From Alphaproteobacteria bacterium (GTDB lineage: Bacteria; Pseudomonadota; Alphaproteobacteria; CAAGCB01; CAG-977), in assembly GCA_024407875.1 (NCBI GenBank), contig JAKSVT010000007.1, positions 1,392 through 65,391 on the forward strand: a stretch of DNA of 64,000 bases. The letters run 5' to 3'. Under the pieces are notes generated by a model, which did no database searches, had not been told where the DNA came from, and saw nothing but the letters and a program-made list of their open reading frames with translations. The position numbers were made by a program, and so were the translations under genes. Positions 9,887 through 19,337 of the stretch are shown one piece after another. Each line of letters opens with the position of its first letter. The stretch's first letter is position 1.

Positions 9887-11386
9887 ATGGGTATAACAGG
9901 ACTAGTTTTCTTAAGTAGTGGTTTGTTCTTAGGTTGGTCATTAGGGGCAAACGATGCTGCAAATATATTTGGTACAGCTGTTAGTACAAGAATGGTTAGA
10001 TTTAAAACAGCTGCAATTGTATGTAGTATATTTATAGCATTAGGTGCTGTAATCAGTGGTGTTGGTGCAGCTCATACATTAGGTAGTTTGGGTACTGTTA
10101 GTGCTATTGCGGGATCTTTTACTACGGCTTTGGCTGCTGCATTTACCGTTTATTCTATGATTAAATGTGGCTTGCCTGTTTCTGTTTCACAAGCTGTTGT
10201 TGGTTCTATTATTGGATGGAACTTGTTTACAGATTCTGTAACAGATGTAAACTCTGTAGTAAAGATTGCATCAACTTGGGCTGCTTGTCCTTTATTGTCA
10301 GCTATTGTTGCAGCATCAATTTATATGGCTTTAAATAAAACTGTAAGATCTGCAAAAGTTCATTTGTTAAGACGTGATTATTGCACACGAGTTGCTATGA
10401 TTTTGACAGGAGCTTTTGGTGCATATTCCTTAGGCGCAAACAACATGGCTAACGTTGTAGGTGTTTTCGTTCCAGTAGCTCCTTTCGTAGATTTTAATTT
10501 TGGATCATTTTCTTTCTCTGCTATTCAACAATTGTTTTTCGTCGGTTCAATAGCTACAGCAATTGGTGTATTTACTTATTCTCATAAAGTTATGGGAACT
10601 GTTGGAAAAGGATTGATGCCTTTATCACCATTTGCAGCTTGGGTAGTTGTTGTTGCACAATCCTTGGTATTGTTTATGTTTGCTTCTGAAGGTTTAGAAT
10701 ACTTCTTAGCAAGTCATCATATGCCGACAATTCCATTGGTACCAGTTTCTTCAACACAAGCAGTAGTAGGAGCTATTATTGGTATAGGATTATGCAAAGG
10801 AGCGGCCAAAAATATTAAATGGATTGTTGTTGGAAGAATTGTTTGTGGTTGGATAATTACTCCAATTATTGCTGCAACAATTTGTTTCTTTGCCTTATTC
10901 TTTATGCAAAATGTTTTTTCTCAGAAAGTCTATACTCCTAAGTTTTATGATTTGTCAGAAAAAGTAATTCAAAAGATTTCAGATAGTGAGAAGATTCCAT
11001 TTCATCAACTTATTTTATTAAAAGGTGAAAAATATAATTCAGGTAATGAATTTATTAAGGCAGCTAAAGAACGTGTTGGTAAAATAGATAGTGCTAAACA
11101 ACAGAGAATTTTAAATCTAGCAGAAAAAATTAATGTATTTATAGATTTAGAAAAAGCCAATAAGTTAGATCAAAATATTTTAACTCCAGAAAAAATTGAA
11201 CATGTAAAACAGTTAGCTGGATTGAAGTTTAGTTATCGTTGGGAATTACAAGACGCTTTAGTTAAAATTAGTCCAGATTGGAGCTACAAGTCTGAGAGCG
11301 TTTTGAATAAGAAATACAATAAAGAACTTTCTATTCAATTGAAAGAAGTTGAAAACTTATTTTCAGTTTGTGAAAACAAACGATAA
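9887..11386 (+). CDS. pit: Inorganic phosphate transporter, PiT family, with ~150-aa C-terminal soluble extension
   Basis: N-terminal GANDAANIFGTAVSTRMV and internal GANNMANVVG PiT repeats. The C-terminal ~150 residues are charged, helical and non-membrane. Confidence 0.85.
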   Translation: MGITGLVFLSSGLFLGWSLGANDAANIFGTAVSTRMVRFKTAAIVCSIFIALGAVISGVGAAHTLGSLGTVSAIAGSFTTALAAAFTVYSMIKCGLPVSVSQAVVGSIIGWNLFTDSVTDVNSVVKIASTWAACPLLSAIVAASIYMALNKTVRSAKVHLLRRDYCTRVAMILTGAFGAYSLGANNMANVVGVFVPVAPFVDFNFGSFSFSAIQQLFFVGSIATAIGVFTYSHKVMGTVGKGLMPLSPFAAWVVVVAQSLVLFMFASEGLEYFLASHHMPTIPLVPVSSTQAVVGAIIGIGLCKGAAKNIKWIVVGRIVCGWIITPIIAATICFFALFFMQNVFSQKVYTPKFYDLSEKVIQKISDSEKIPFHQLILLKGEKYNSGNEFIKAAKERVGKIDSAKQQRILNLAEKINVFIDLEKANKLDQNILTPEKIEHVKQLAGLKFSYRWELQDALVKISPDWSYKSESVLNKKYNKELSIQLKEVENLFSVCENKR

Positions 11387-11395
11387 TAATTTATA

Positions 11396-12436
11396 TTAAA
11401 TCAAATTGATTATGTCTTTACCTGTTAATAATGCACCTTCTATAGTGCAAGGGAGCTTTTTGTTCGTTTTATCGCCAACGAAATAAATACCATTTTTATA
11501 ATTTGGCTGATAAATAGTATTTTTTGTTTGCTTTAGTGTAGCATGTTTGTCAGCAATAACACGGTGTATGCTAGGAATAGGGGCTTGAGCTTTTGTAATT
11601 AGACATATATCATCCCAAACCTTCTTTGCAATATCTTCATTTTTAAGATTGTTTGCTGCACTTATAGTAGCTGATATTCCCCAATCTTTTTGAAATAACC
11701 AATCTGCTGTTTTGTTTATTAAACCAAGCATTTTTAAATTATTTGGTAATTTAATATCAGTTTTATAATGGATACTAATTATAGTTTCAAAATTCTTAGT
11801 AATTTTTGGTGATGAACATATAATTTTATCGCAGGAATTTAATTTATATGTTTTATTTTTGATTGTTAATAAATCTTTAGAATAGTTATTTACATTACAA
11901 GAAAAATTAAATTCTACTTTATCTTTAAGATAATTATATATAGGTAAAATAATTGATTTACTAAGGTTATCTTTAGCTAAATAAAAATTGTTATCTTTTG
12001 AAAATAATAATTTAAGGCAAGTGTTAAAATATAAAAATTTATTGGCTTCAGATTTGTCAGTGTTTAAAATAGATTTAATTGATAAAGGATATAACTTTAA
12101 AAATTTAAATGCATTTGGAATGACATTTTTTAATTTCATATCAATACTAGAAATCTTATTATTATCAAAATAACTTAATTTGCTACCAATATTAATGAGT
12201 TCATCGCTTTTATAATTACATGAATTCAATATTTCAAATAATGTATTGTTTGCCCCGCTAATTAAATGTGTTCCGTTATCTAAATAAGTATCAAAAGCCT
12301 TATCAAAAAACGAATAGCATCTTCCACCAACATGATTTGATGCTTCAAAAACAATAATATCTTTATAGCCTTTATTTAAAGCATAATAAGCAGTGCTTAA
12401 ACCTGATAATCCGGCACCAATTATGTATAAAGCCAT
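11396..12436 (-). CDS. hpnE: Squalene-associated FAD-dependent desaturase/reductase (HpnE-like amine oxidase)
   Basis: N-terminal Rossmann IIGAGLSGLSTAY plus GGRCYS segment. Located immediately downstream of the two squalene/phytoene-synthase-family genes. Confidence 0.55.
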   Translation of the reverse strand: MALYIIGAGLSGLSTAYYALNKGYKDIIVFEASNHVGGRCYSFFDKAFDTYLDNGTHLISGANNTLFEILNSCNYKSDELINIGSKLSYFDNNKISSIDMKLKNVIPNAFKFLKLYPLSIKSILNTDKSEANKFLYFNTCLKLLFSKDNNFYLAKDNLSKSIILPIYNYLKDKVEFNFSCNVNNYSKDLLTIKNKTYKLNSCDKIICSSPKITKNFETIISIHYKTDIKLPNNLKMLGLINKTADWLFQKDWGISATISAANNLKNEDIAKKVWDDICLITKAQAPIPSIHRVIADKHATLKQTKNTIYQPNYKNGIYFVGDKTNKKLPCTIEGALLTGKDIINLI

Positions 12437-12448
12437 TTTATTTTCCTA

Positions 12449-13315
12449 TTAAATACCAAATAAAGATATTTTTAATGCAGAAAGGAATAAAACTAATTTA
12501 GGGGTTCTTACTCGAGGTAATAAAATATCTAAGCCTCGTTTTTCTAATTTTTTTAAAATAAAGAAATAAGCATTGCCCATAATTACAGCAGGTTTCATAG
12601 CCCTTTTATTGATTTTGTTTAATAAGAAATTAGCTTCAGAAAATTTTGTAAAAGCTTCATTTGCTAATTTTTCTCTAATTAAACCAATATTTTTATTGTT
12701 TAAAATATCGCTTAATTTAGAATTATCATTAATTTTAATGCCAACATCTTCTAAATATTCATTAGGAATATAAAGTCTTCCTAATTCCATATCTTCATGC
12801 ATATCTCTTAAAATATTTGTTATTTGAACAGCATCTCCTAAAGTTAAAGCATATCTAATAGCATCTTGAGATGAATCTCCAAATATATATACAGATAAAA
12901 CTCCTACAGCTCCAGCAACTCGACGGGTATATAATTGTAATTCTGAAAAACTTGGAGCGCACATTCCGTCTGGAATATCCATTTCCATGCCATCTATTAA
13001 AGCTATAAATTCTTCTTTTGGTAGATTAAATTTTTTAACATAATAGACTAAATCTTTTGAAACAAAATGCTCAGGTTCTTCACCTTTATATATTTTATCT
13101 ATTTCGTTTCTCCAAAATTTAAGATTTGTTGATTTTTCTTCAATAGGAGCAGGTTCGTCTGCAATATCATCGATAATTCTACAAAATGCATATACAGCAA
13201 ACATTGCATTTCTTTTTTCTTTGCTTAAGAAACGCATAGCCCAATAAAAAGATGATCCAGATTGCTTTACTAATTCTGCGATTTCTTTTTCATTTTTTGC
13301 TTTTTCGTTACGCAT
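12449..13315 (-). CDS. hpnD: Presqualene diphosphate synthase (squalene/phytoene synthase family, HpnD-like)
   Basis: SSFYWAMRFL...AVYAFCRIIDDIAD matches the HpnD N-terminal signature with the first Asp-rich motif. A second DxxxD-like region (YIPNEYLEDVG) is present. Confidence 0.7.
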   Translation of the reverse strand: MRNEKAKNEKEIAELVKQSGSSFYWAMRFLSKEKRNAMFAVYAFCRIIDDIADEPAPIEEKSTNLKFWRNEIDKIYKGEEPEHFVSKDLVYYVKKFNLPKEEFIALIDGMEMDIPDGMCAPSFSELQLYTRRVAGAVGVLSVYIFGDSSQDAIRYALTLGDAVQITNILRDMHEDMELGRLYIPNEYLEDVGIKINDNSKLSDILNNKNIGLIREKLANEAFTKFSEANFLLNKINKRAMKPAVIMGNAYFFILKKLEKRGLDILLPRVRTPKLVLFLSALKISLFGI

Positions 13316-14187
13316 TTAATTTTTCTCCTAATAACCCCATCTAATATACCGTGTATAGTTGAAAATAACCAATCAGCTTTTGTTAAATCAACATGCTTTT
13401 TTAATATATCATTCTTTTTTAATCTATTAGAGAGTTTTTGAGCAAGTCTATAAATAACACAAATTTCCATTCTTAAACCACGGCTTTGCATTACTAAAGG
13501 TAAAGACGAGCCATCCACTAATAACCCATCAATACCTTCTATAACTTTGTTAAAAACTTTTCTTAAGTTTTCTGTTTCTGAAGACTTTCTCATTTCCTCA
13601 TAATCAATGCCAAATTCCTTAAACCAGTCTTTTGGAATATAAACACGATTTCTTGTTAATAAATCATCTTTGCAGTCTTGTAAGTGATTGTTTATTTGTA
13701 AAGCTGCACATAAAGCATCTGAAGGCCAATATGTACTTGGATTTTCTTTATGTAAATCCAACATATATCTGCCAACACTGCCAGCGGAATTTCTACAATA
13801 AGCTATTAAATCCATCCATGTATTATAAACAGTACCAATTGAATCTGCTCTAAAGGCTTTTAATAAATCTAGGGCATGTTGATTTGTTGTGCCTGTTTCT
13901 TCTAAGCTTTGTTTTAATAAATAAGCACAATTAGTATCTTCATTAGGTTCTTTATTGCCTAATAATACAGCTTCTAATTCATCTAAACGATCAAGTTTTT
14001 CTTGAGAAGATAATTGATCTGTATCAGCTATATCATCAGCGGTTCTTGCAAAGTTATAGAAATACATTACATGTTTTCTCAAATTAGGAGAAATCAATTT
14101 AGATCCAACAGGGAAATTTTCTTCTTTAGAGGTTTTGGATTGCTCTATTTTTTTTGAAATTTCACTCATTAAAGAGCTTCCTTCCAA
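13270..14187 (-). CDS. hpnC: Hydroxysqualene synthase (squalene/phytoene synthase family, HpnC-like)
   Basis: [12 protein letters not shown]...[14 protein letters not shown] matches the ENFPV signature typical of HpnC. A second motif [13 protein letters not shown] is present. Confidence 0.7.
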   Translation of the reverse strand: MEGSSLMSEISKKIEQSKTSKEENFPVGSKLISPNLRKHVMYFYNFARTADDIADTDQLSSQEKLDRLDELEAVLLGNKEPNEDTNCAYLLKQSLEETGTTNQHALDLLKAFRADSIGTVYNTWMDLIAYCRNSAGSVGRYMLDLHKENPSTYWPSDALCAALQINNHLQDCKDDLLTRNRVYIPKDWFKEFGIDYEEMRKSSETENLRKVFNKVIEGIDGLLVDGSSLPLVMQSRGLRMEICVIYRLAQKLSNRLKKNDILKKHVDLTKADWLFSTIHGILDGVIRRKIKCVTKKQKMKKKSQN

Positions 14188-15506
14188 GCCTTTAATGCTT
14201 CTAAGGCTGCATCACTTTGAGCTTTCTTTCTGTCCATACCCTTTATCTTTTTCTTTCCAGGAGGAGGGAGAGGTGCAGGCATTAAGCCAAAATTTATGTT
14301 CATTGGTTGAAAACATTCTTCATTAGCATTTATAGTAATATGTCTTAACATAGAACCTAATGCTGTTTCTTGAGGAGGTAATATAATTTCTTTTCCTTGG
14401 TTTTCCCAGTAAGTAAATATACCGGCCATTAAACCAACAGAAGCACTTTCTACATAACCTTCACAACCGGTTACTTGCCCAGCAAATCTAATGTTTTTTT
14501 GTAATTTTAATCTAAGAGAAGTATCTAAAAGGTTAGGGGATTGTAAGAATGTATTTCTATGTATTCCTCCTAATCTTACAAATTCAGCATTTTCTAAACC
14601 TGGAATTTTTTGAAAAATTCTTTTTTGTTCACCATATGTTAGTTTTGTTTGAAAACCTACTAAATTTAATAAAGTTCCTTGTTTGTTCTCTTTTCTTAAT
14701 TGAACTACAGCATATGGACGAGTGTTCGTATGAGGATCTGTTAATCCAATTGGTTTCATAGGTCCAAAAGCTAAAGTTTCTTTTCCTCTTTGAGCCATAA
14801 CTTCAATAGGAAGACATCCTTCAAAATAAGGAGTGTTTACTTCCCAATCTTTAAATGTAATTTTTTGACCATTAATTAAGTCATCCACAAATTCTTCATA
14901 CTGCTTTTTTGTTAATGGGCAATTTATATAATCATCGCCATCACCTTTGTCATAGCGTGATTGTTTCCAAGCTTTTGATAAATCAACGGATTCTGCTGTG
15001 ACTATAGGTGCTATGGCATCAAAAAAATGAAGAATATTATCATTTGTAATATCTTTTAATTTATTTGCTAAAGCATCAGATGTTAATGGGCCTGTTGCAA
15101 TGATATATAAACCTTTATCAGCACTTGGAAGTTCTGTTAATTCTTCATTTTTAAAAGTAATGTTTGAAAATGAATGTAATTTATTTTCAATAAATTTTGA
15201 AAATTCAATTCTATCAACAGCAAGTGCTCCACCAGCAGGAACTTTTGTAGCATCTGCGGCTTGCATTATAAGCGAATCGCATTGACGCATTTCTTCATGT
15301 AATAAACCTACTGCATTATGTTCAAAATCATCTGAACGAAGAGAGTTTGAACAGACTAATTCAGCTAAATTGTTTGTTTTATGAGCTGGAGTTGTATTTA
15401 TTGGGCGCATTTCCTGTAATATAACATTTACGCCTCTTTTAGCTAATTGCCAAGCTGCTTCACAACCTGCTAGACCACCGCCAACAACTGTAACTGTATT
15501 AGACAT
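14169..15506 (-). CDS. trmFO: Methylenetetrahydrofolate--tRNA-(uracil-5-)-methyltransferase TrmFO
   Basis: N-terminal [25 protein letters not shown] motif. Overall length and conserved blocks ([13 protein letters not shown]) match TrmFO/Gid. Confidence 0.9.
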   Translation of the reverse strand: MSNTVTVVGGGLAGCEAAWQLAKRGVNVILQEMRPINTTPAHKTNNLAELVCSNSLRSDDFEHNAVGLLHEEMRQCDSLIMQAADATKVPAGGALAVDRIEFSKFIENKLHSFSNITFKNEELTELPSADKGLYIIATGPLTSDALANKLKDITNDNILHFFDAIAPIVTAESVDLSKAWKQSRYDKGDGDDYINCPLTKKQYEEFVDDLINGQKITFKDWEVNTPYFEGCLPIEVMAQRGKETLAFGPMKPIGLTDPHTNTRPYAVVQLRKENKQGTLLNLVGFQTKLTYGEQKRIFQKIPGLENAEFVRLGGIHRNTFLQSPNLLDTSLRLKLQKNIRFAGQVTGCEGYVESASVGLMAGIFTYWENQGKEIILPPQETALGSMLRHITINANEECFQPMNINFGLMPAPLPPPGKKKIKGMDRKKAQSDAALEALKAWKEAL

Positions 15507-15614
15507 AAAAAGTTCCTTTGTAAAAATGAAATAAGAGGTTATATTGTATTTTGAATTGAGATTATATACTATATAATTGTTTTTGAAAAAAGATTTAATT
15601 TTGGGAGTTCTCTA

Positions 15615-16073
15615 ATGAATAATAAATTTATTCAATTACTTTGTGTTTTAGCTTTTTTGTATTTTCTTTTTGTACATATAATTCCAGCGTTTAATCATAA
15701 AGTTAGGGGAAAGAATGTTAAGTTTGTTTCTGCAGACGACTTAAACAAACAATTGTCTGAAAAACAAGATTTATTAATGATTGATATAAGAACTAGGGAT
15801 GAATTCTATAATATGTTTGGACATATAGATCATGCTATCAATTTACCTTATGGAGAATTCTTATTAAAGTTGTCTGAAAATATAGATAGTTTCACAGATT
15901 TTAAGAATACCAAAATTGTCATTATTGGCTTAAGAGATGAAAAAACAATTTATGATGCTTATAATGCTATAACTCAAAAAGGCTTTAATAATGTATATGT
16001 CTTAGAACATGGAATTTCAAATTGGTTGAGAGCTCAATATCCAACGGTAGAACGTAATGTCAAAAACAATTAA
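15615..16073 (+). CDS. Membrane-anchored rhodanese-domain protein (152 aa)
   Basis: N-terminal TM helix followed by a rhodanese-like segment (LMIDIRTRDEFYNMFGHIDHAINLPYGEF). No catalytic Cys is obvious. Confidence 0.55.
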   Translation: MNNKFIQLLCVLAFLYFLFVHIIPAFNHKVRGKNVKFVSADDLNKQLSEKQDLLMIDIRTRDEFYNMFGHIDHAINLPYGEFLLKLSENIDSFTDFKNTKIVIIGLRDEKTIYDAYNAITQKGFNNVYVLEHGISNWLRAQYPTVERNVKNN

Positions 16074-18324
16074 AATTATATTTTGTGCAGGTATAATTCT
16101 TTCATGTAGTGCTATAGCTTCAGTATTACCTCCTAATACTGTTGTTTATTTTTTACCTTCGAAAGATACGGCTCATGTAAATAATTTACAAGCCTCTGTT
16201 AATGAAGAAACTGTTCCAGGGGCTTTAAAAAGTTCTGTTTCAAATTTAGAAAGTATGGAACAGTCTGAACCATTAGGTATTGAAACAAAAGTCGGAGTTT
16301 CTTTAGTAGATAAGGAAAAAGAAATAACAGTTGATGAAGCCGCTGATATGGTTTTACAACCAACTAAAGTAATGATTATTCCTTATGATAAAGCGGGTAA
16401 AGTTAAAAGAAAAAAGGTAAAAATCAAAGAAGAAGATACTGTAAGTCCTGTATCTGTTCATATTTATCCTATAAAAAATTTAAAAAAGTTTGTTAAAGAA
16501 GAGCCTGTTGTAAAAAAAGAAAATAAATTTATTGTAGTTAAAGAAAAAACAAAAGATGTAAATGATATTCCATATGAAGAAGCAAAATGGACATCTTGGA
16601 TTGTAAAAGGTCTTGAAAATTGTGAAGGCTCAAAAGCCAATATGCTAAATACATTGGTTAAGCTTTTCGAAAATGACAAATTAACAGATGGCGAAACTGT
16701 ATGTTCTATGAAGCAAAAATTAGCAAAGCATTTGCAAAAGTGCCATCCATGGCCTGTTGAATACTATACACCAACAAATAATGACGTAAAACCTAATAAT
16801 GACGTTCAATTAAGTGTTGATATTTTAGGAAAAGAAATTAAAGGAAAAGAACAAGCCTGTGAATCTCTTGATTTGACTCATATAAATTTTGAAAAGATTG
16901 ATTTTCTAAAGTCGAATTTTAAAAATGAAATATTTGCAAATTCTTTCTTTAAGGAAGCTACATTTATAGATGCAGATTTAGCTGAAACGAATTTTGAAAA
17001 AGCTATATTAGATAAAGTTTTATTTAAAAATGTAAACTTAGAAAATGCTGTGTTGTCAAAAGCTTCATTTAAGTTTGCTAATTTTGATCACACGATTAGT
17101 GATAAAAACTATTTTAATCAAACAAATTTTGATAATGCTCAATTTAGAGACGTTGTATTTTCTTTTTCTGACTTTACAGATGCAAGTCTTCAAAATACAT
17201 ATTGGCAGGATGCTTTGGCAATTCGTATTAATTTGAACCAAGCTATTTTGTTTGATGCTGTATTCGATAATGTATTTATGGATACTGTTTTTGCAAACAA
17301 AACAGATTTTTCTAGATTAAAATGTAAAAAATGTTCCTTTGAAAGAGGAAAGTTTAACTATAGCAATTTTTATTCTGCAATATTCAATAATGTGAACTTT
17401 TCATGGGCATCTTTGCAAAATTCCGATTTTAAAGGATCAACATTTGATGGAAAAATAGTATTTGAACATGCGAACGTAGAAAGTGCAGATTTTTCAGAAG
17501 CAGACATATCTAAAGTTAAAGATATGAACTTATATAGAATAAGAAAAATTAAAATTGATGAGAATACAAAAACTCCAGATGTTTTTCCTGATTTTGAAGC
17601 AGTATCTTATGATGAAGAACTATTCAAAAATATGTTTAAGAGAAGATTTGAATGCTCTAAAAAATTCTGTGAAACTATAGCCTTAGGTAGAGTTAGCCAA
17701 GAGAATATAGCTGTAAAAGCAATGACTTATTTAGCATATGGATCTGATGATGAAAAAGATACTATGTGGAGTGTTTGTGCTTTAGGTTGTATAGCTGACA
17801 AAAATAAAGTTTTAGATCATGAATCTATTGATGCGTTAACAATGTTTGTCCGCTCTAAAATCCCATTTAGTTTAAAGGATGATTTGTTTTCATATCCAAA
17901 GGGATTTACCCCAGATGTTGATTTAGCTTTACGTATTTTAGTAGATAATTCAATAAAACATGATACAGGATATAATATTGATTTATCAGGCCTCGATTTA
18001 AGAAATTTTGATTTTTCTCACAGAGATTTAAGAAATATTTCTTTTGAAGGTTCAAATTTAAGTGGTGCTGACTTATCTTATTCTTTAACAGATTTTGAAT
18101 ATAGATTATTTAATCAAGTTGTTATCGATGAATTTACAAAGCTTCCTAAGAATATGAAGTTGTTTATGCCATTTAAACTTCCTGATGAAGGAATGCCTAA
18201 TTGGTGGAAACCTGAGACTATAGATGTATTGAAATATGGCGATACTTATTGGAATCAAATTATTGAGACTAAGCCGTTCTTAGATGAATATTTAACAGCT
18301 GTAAAACAGAAAGTTAAAGAATGA
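16057..18324 (+). CDS. Secreted pentapeptide-repeat protein (755 aa)
   Basis: N-terminal signal peptide, then a long run of A(D/N)LxxA-type pentapeptide repeats (ADLAETNFEKAILDKVLFKNVNLENAVLSKASFKFANF...), with a second block near the C-terminus (LSGLDLRNFDFSHRDLRNISFEGSNLSGADLSYS). Confidence 0.75.
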   Translation: MSKTIKIIFCAGIILSCSAIASVLPPNTVVYFLPSKDTAHVNNLQASVNEETVPGALKSSVSNLESMEQSEPLGIETKVGVSLVDKEKEITVDEAADMVLQPTKVMIIPYDKAGKVKRKKVKIKEEDTVSPVSVHIYPIKNLKKFVKEEPVVKKENKFIVVKEKTKDVNDIPYEEAKWTSWIVKGLENCEGSKANMLNTLVKLFENDKLTDGETVCSMKQKLAKHLQKCHPWPVEYYTPTNNDVKPNNDVQLSVDILGKEIKGKEQACESLDLTHINFEKIDFLKSNFKNEIFANSFFKEATFIDADLAETNFEKAILDKVLFKNVNLENAVLSKASFKFANFDHTISDKNYFNQTNFDNAQFRDVVFSFSDFTDASLQNTYWQDALAIRINLNQAILFDAVFDNVFMDTVFANKTDFSRLKCKKCSFERGKFNYSNFYSAIFNNVNFSWASLQNSDFKGSTFDGKIVFEHANVESADFSEADISKVKDMNLYRIRKIKIDENTKTPDVFPDFEAVSYDEELFKNMFKRRFECSKKFCETIALGRVSQENIAVKAMTYLAYGSDDEKDTMWSVCALGCIADKNKVLDHESIDALTMFVRSKIPFSLKDDLFSYPKGFTPDVDLALRILVDNSIKHDTGYNIDLSGLDLRNFDFSHRDLRNISFEGSNLSGADLSYSLTDFEYRLFNQVVIDEFTKLPKNMKLFMPFKLPDEGMPNWWKPETIDVLKYGDTYWNQIIETKPFLDEYLTAVKQKVKE

Positions 18325-19325
18325 AATATAAGTTATTATTAGCTTCATCAATTGTTGCATTATTACACAATAATGTTTGTTATGCAGCCAGCTATTCAGA
18401 GCTTTATAAAAAAGCTTTAGAAGGTGATGTTAATTCGGCAACTATGATTGGAGAAATGCTCTCTAAAGAAGCTAAATATGAAGATGCTGTAAAATGGCTA
18501 GAGCACTCAGCTCAAGCAGGTGATAGTAGGGCTGTTTATCAATTAGCTTTAATTGCAGAAAAAGTAAACGATGCAAATTATTCTGAAGAAAACTTGAGCC
18601 ATTTTTTAGACTTATTAAAAAAGTCAGCACAGATGGGTAATCTTGATGCTAATTTAAAGCTTGGAAAGGTTTATCAATTTGGGAGAAAAGGTGTTCAAAA
18701 AGATTTAAATCAAGCAAAAATATGGTATGAAAAGGCTGCAAATTTAGGATCTAATGAAGCTTTTCTACAATTAGATTTAATTTATCAACATAAAGGTGTT
18801 GATAGCTTTAATAAATTAAAAGAACAAGAAAATGTTGAATGGTTAAGAAAAACTATTAAAACAGGTAATGTTGATAGTATTGAAAATTTAACATCAATTT
18901 TAGAAAAAAAAGAAAATAAAACCCAAGAAGATTTAAAAGAAATAGCTGAGCTTTATAAGAAATCTGCTGAAGCTGGTAATATATATAGTGCAGAAAAGCT
19001 AGGCAATATATATTTGCTAGGAAAAGGCGTCGATAAAGATGAAAATAAAGCATTGCAATGGCTTAAAGTAGCAGGTTTGTCAGGTAATGCTAACGCTGCT
19101 AGAAAAATAGGCGAGATATATGCTAAAAAAGGCGATAATAACGATGAAGCTTTTGCATGGTTAGTAGTTGGATTATCAGCTTTATTTCCAGATGTTCAAG
19201 ACTTAACTAAAGTTTCTCCTGATCTAGAAGATTTGTTAAATAAAATGACTAGTGAAGAAGTCGAAAATGCTCAGAAAAATGCTGAAGAATTAGCTTTTAA
19301 AATAAAGTCTTCACAAAAGAAATGA
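18321..19325 (+). CDS. Secreted Sel1-repeat (TPR-like) protein (334 aa)
   Basis: Signal peptide (LLASSIVALLHNNVCYA). Multiple Sel1 repeats (AKIWYEKAANLGSNEAF, ALQWLKVAGLSGNANAARKIGEIYAKKG). Overlaps the preceding gene by 4 nt. Confidence 0.75.
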   Translation: MKYKLLLASSIVALLHNNVCYAASYSELYKKALEGDVNSATMIGEMLSKEAKYEDAVKWLEHSAQAGDSRAVYQLALIAEKVNDANYSEENLSHFLDLLKKSAQMGNLDANLKLGKVYQFGRKGVQKDLNQAKIWYEKAANLGSNEAFLQLDLIYQHKGVDSFNKLKEQENVEWLRKTIKTGNVDSIENLTSILEKKENKTQEDLKEIAELYKKSAEAGNIYSAEKLGNIYLLGKGVDKDENKALQWLKVAGLSGNANAARKIGEIYAKKGDNNDEAFAWLVVGLSALFPDVQDLTKVSPDLEDLLNKMTSEEVENAQKNAEELAFKIKSSQKK

Positions 19326-19337
19326 TTTTGCTTTTAA

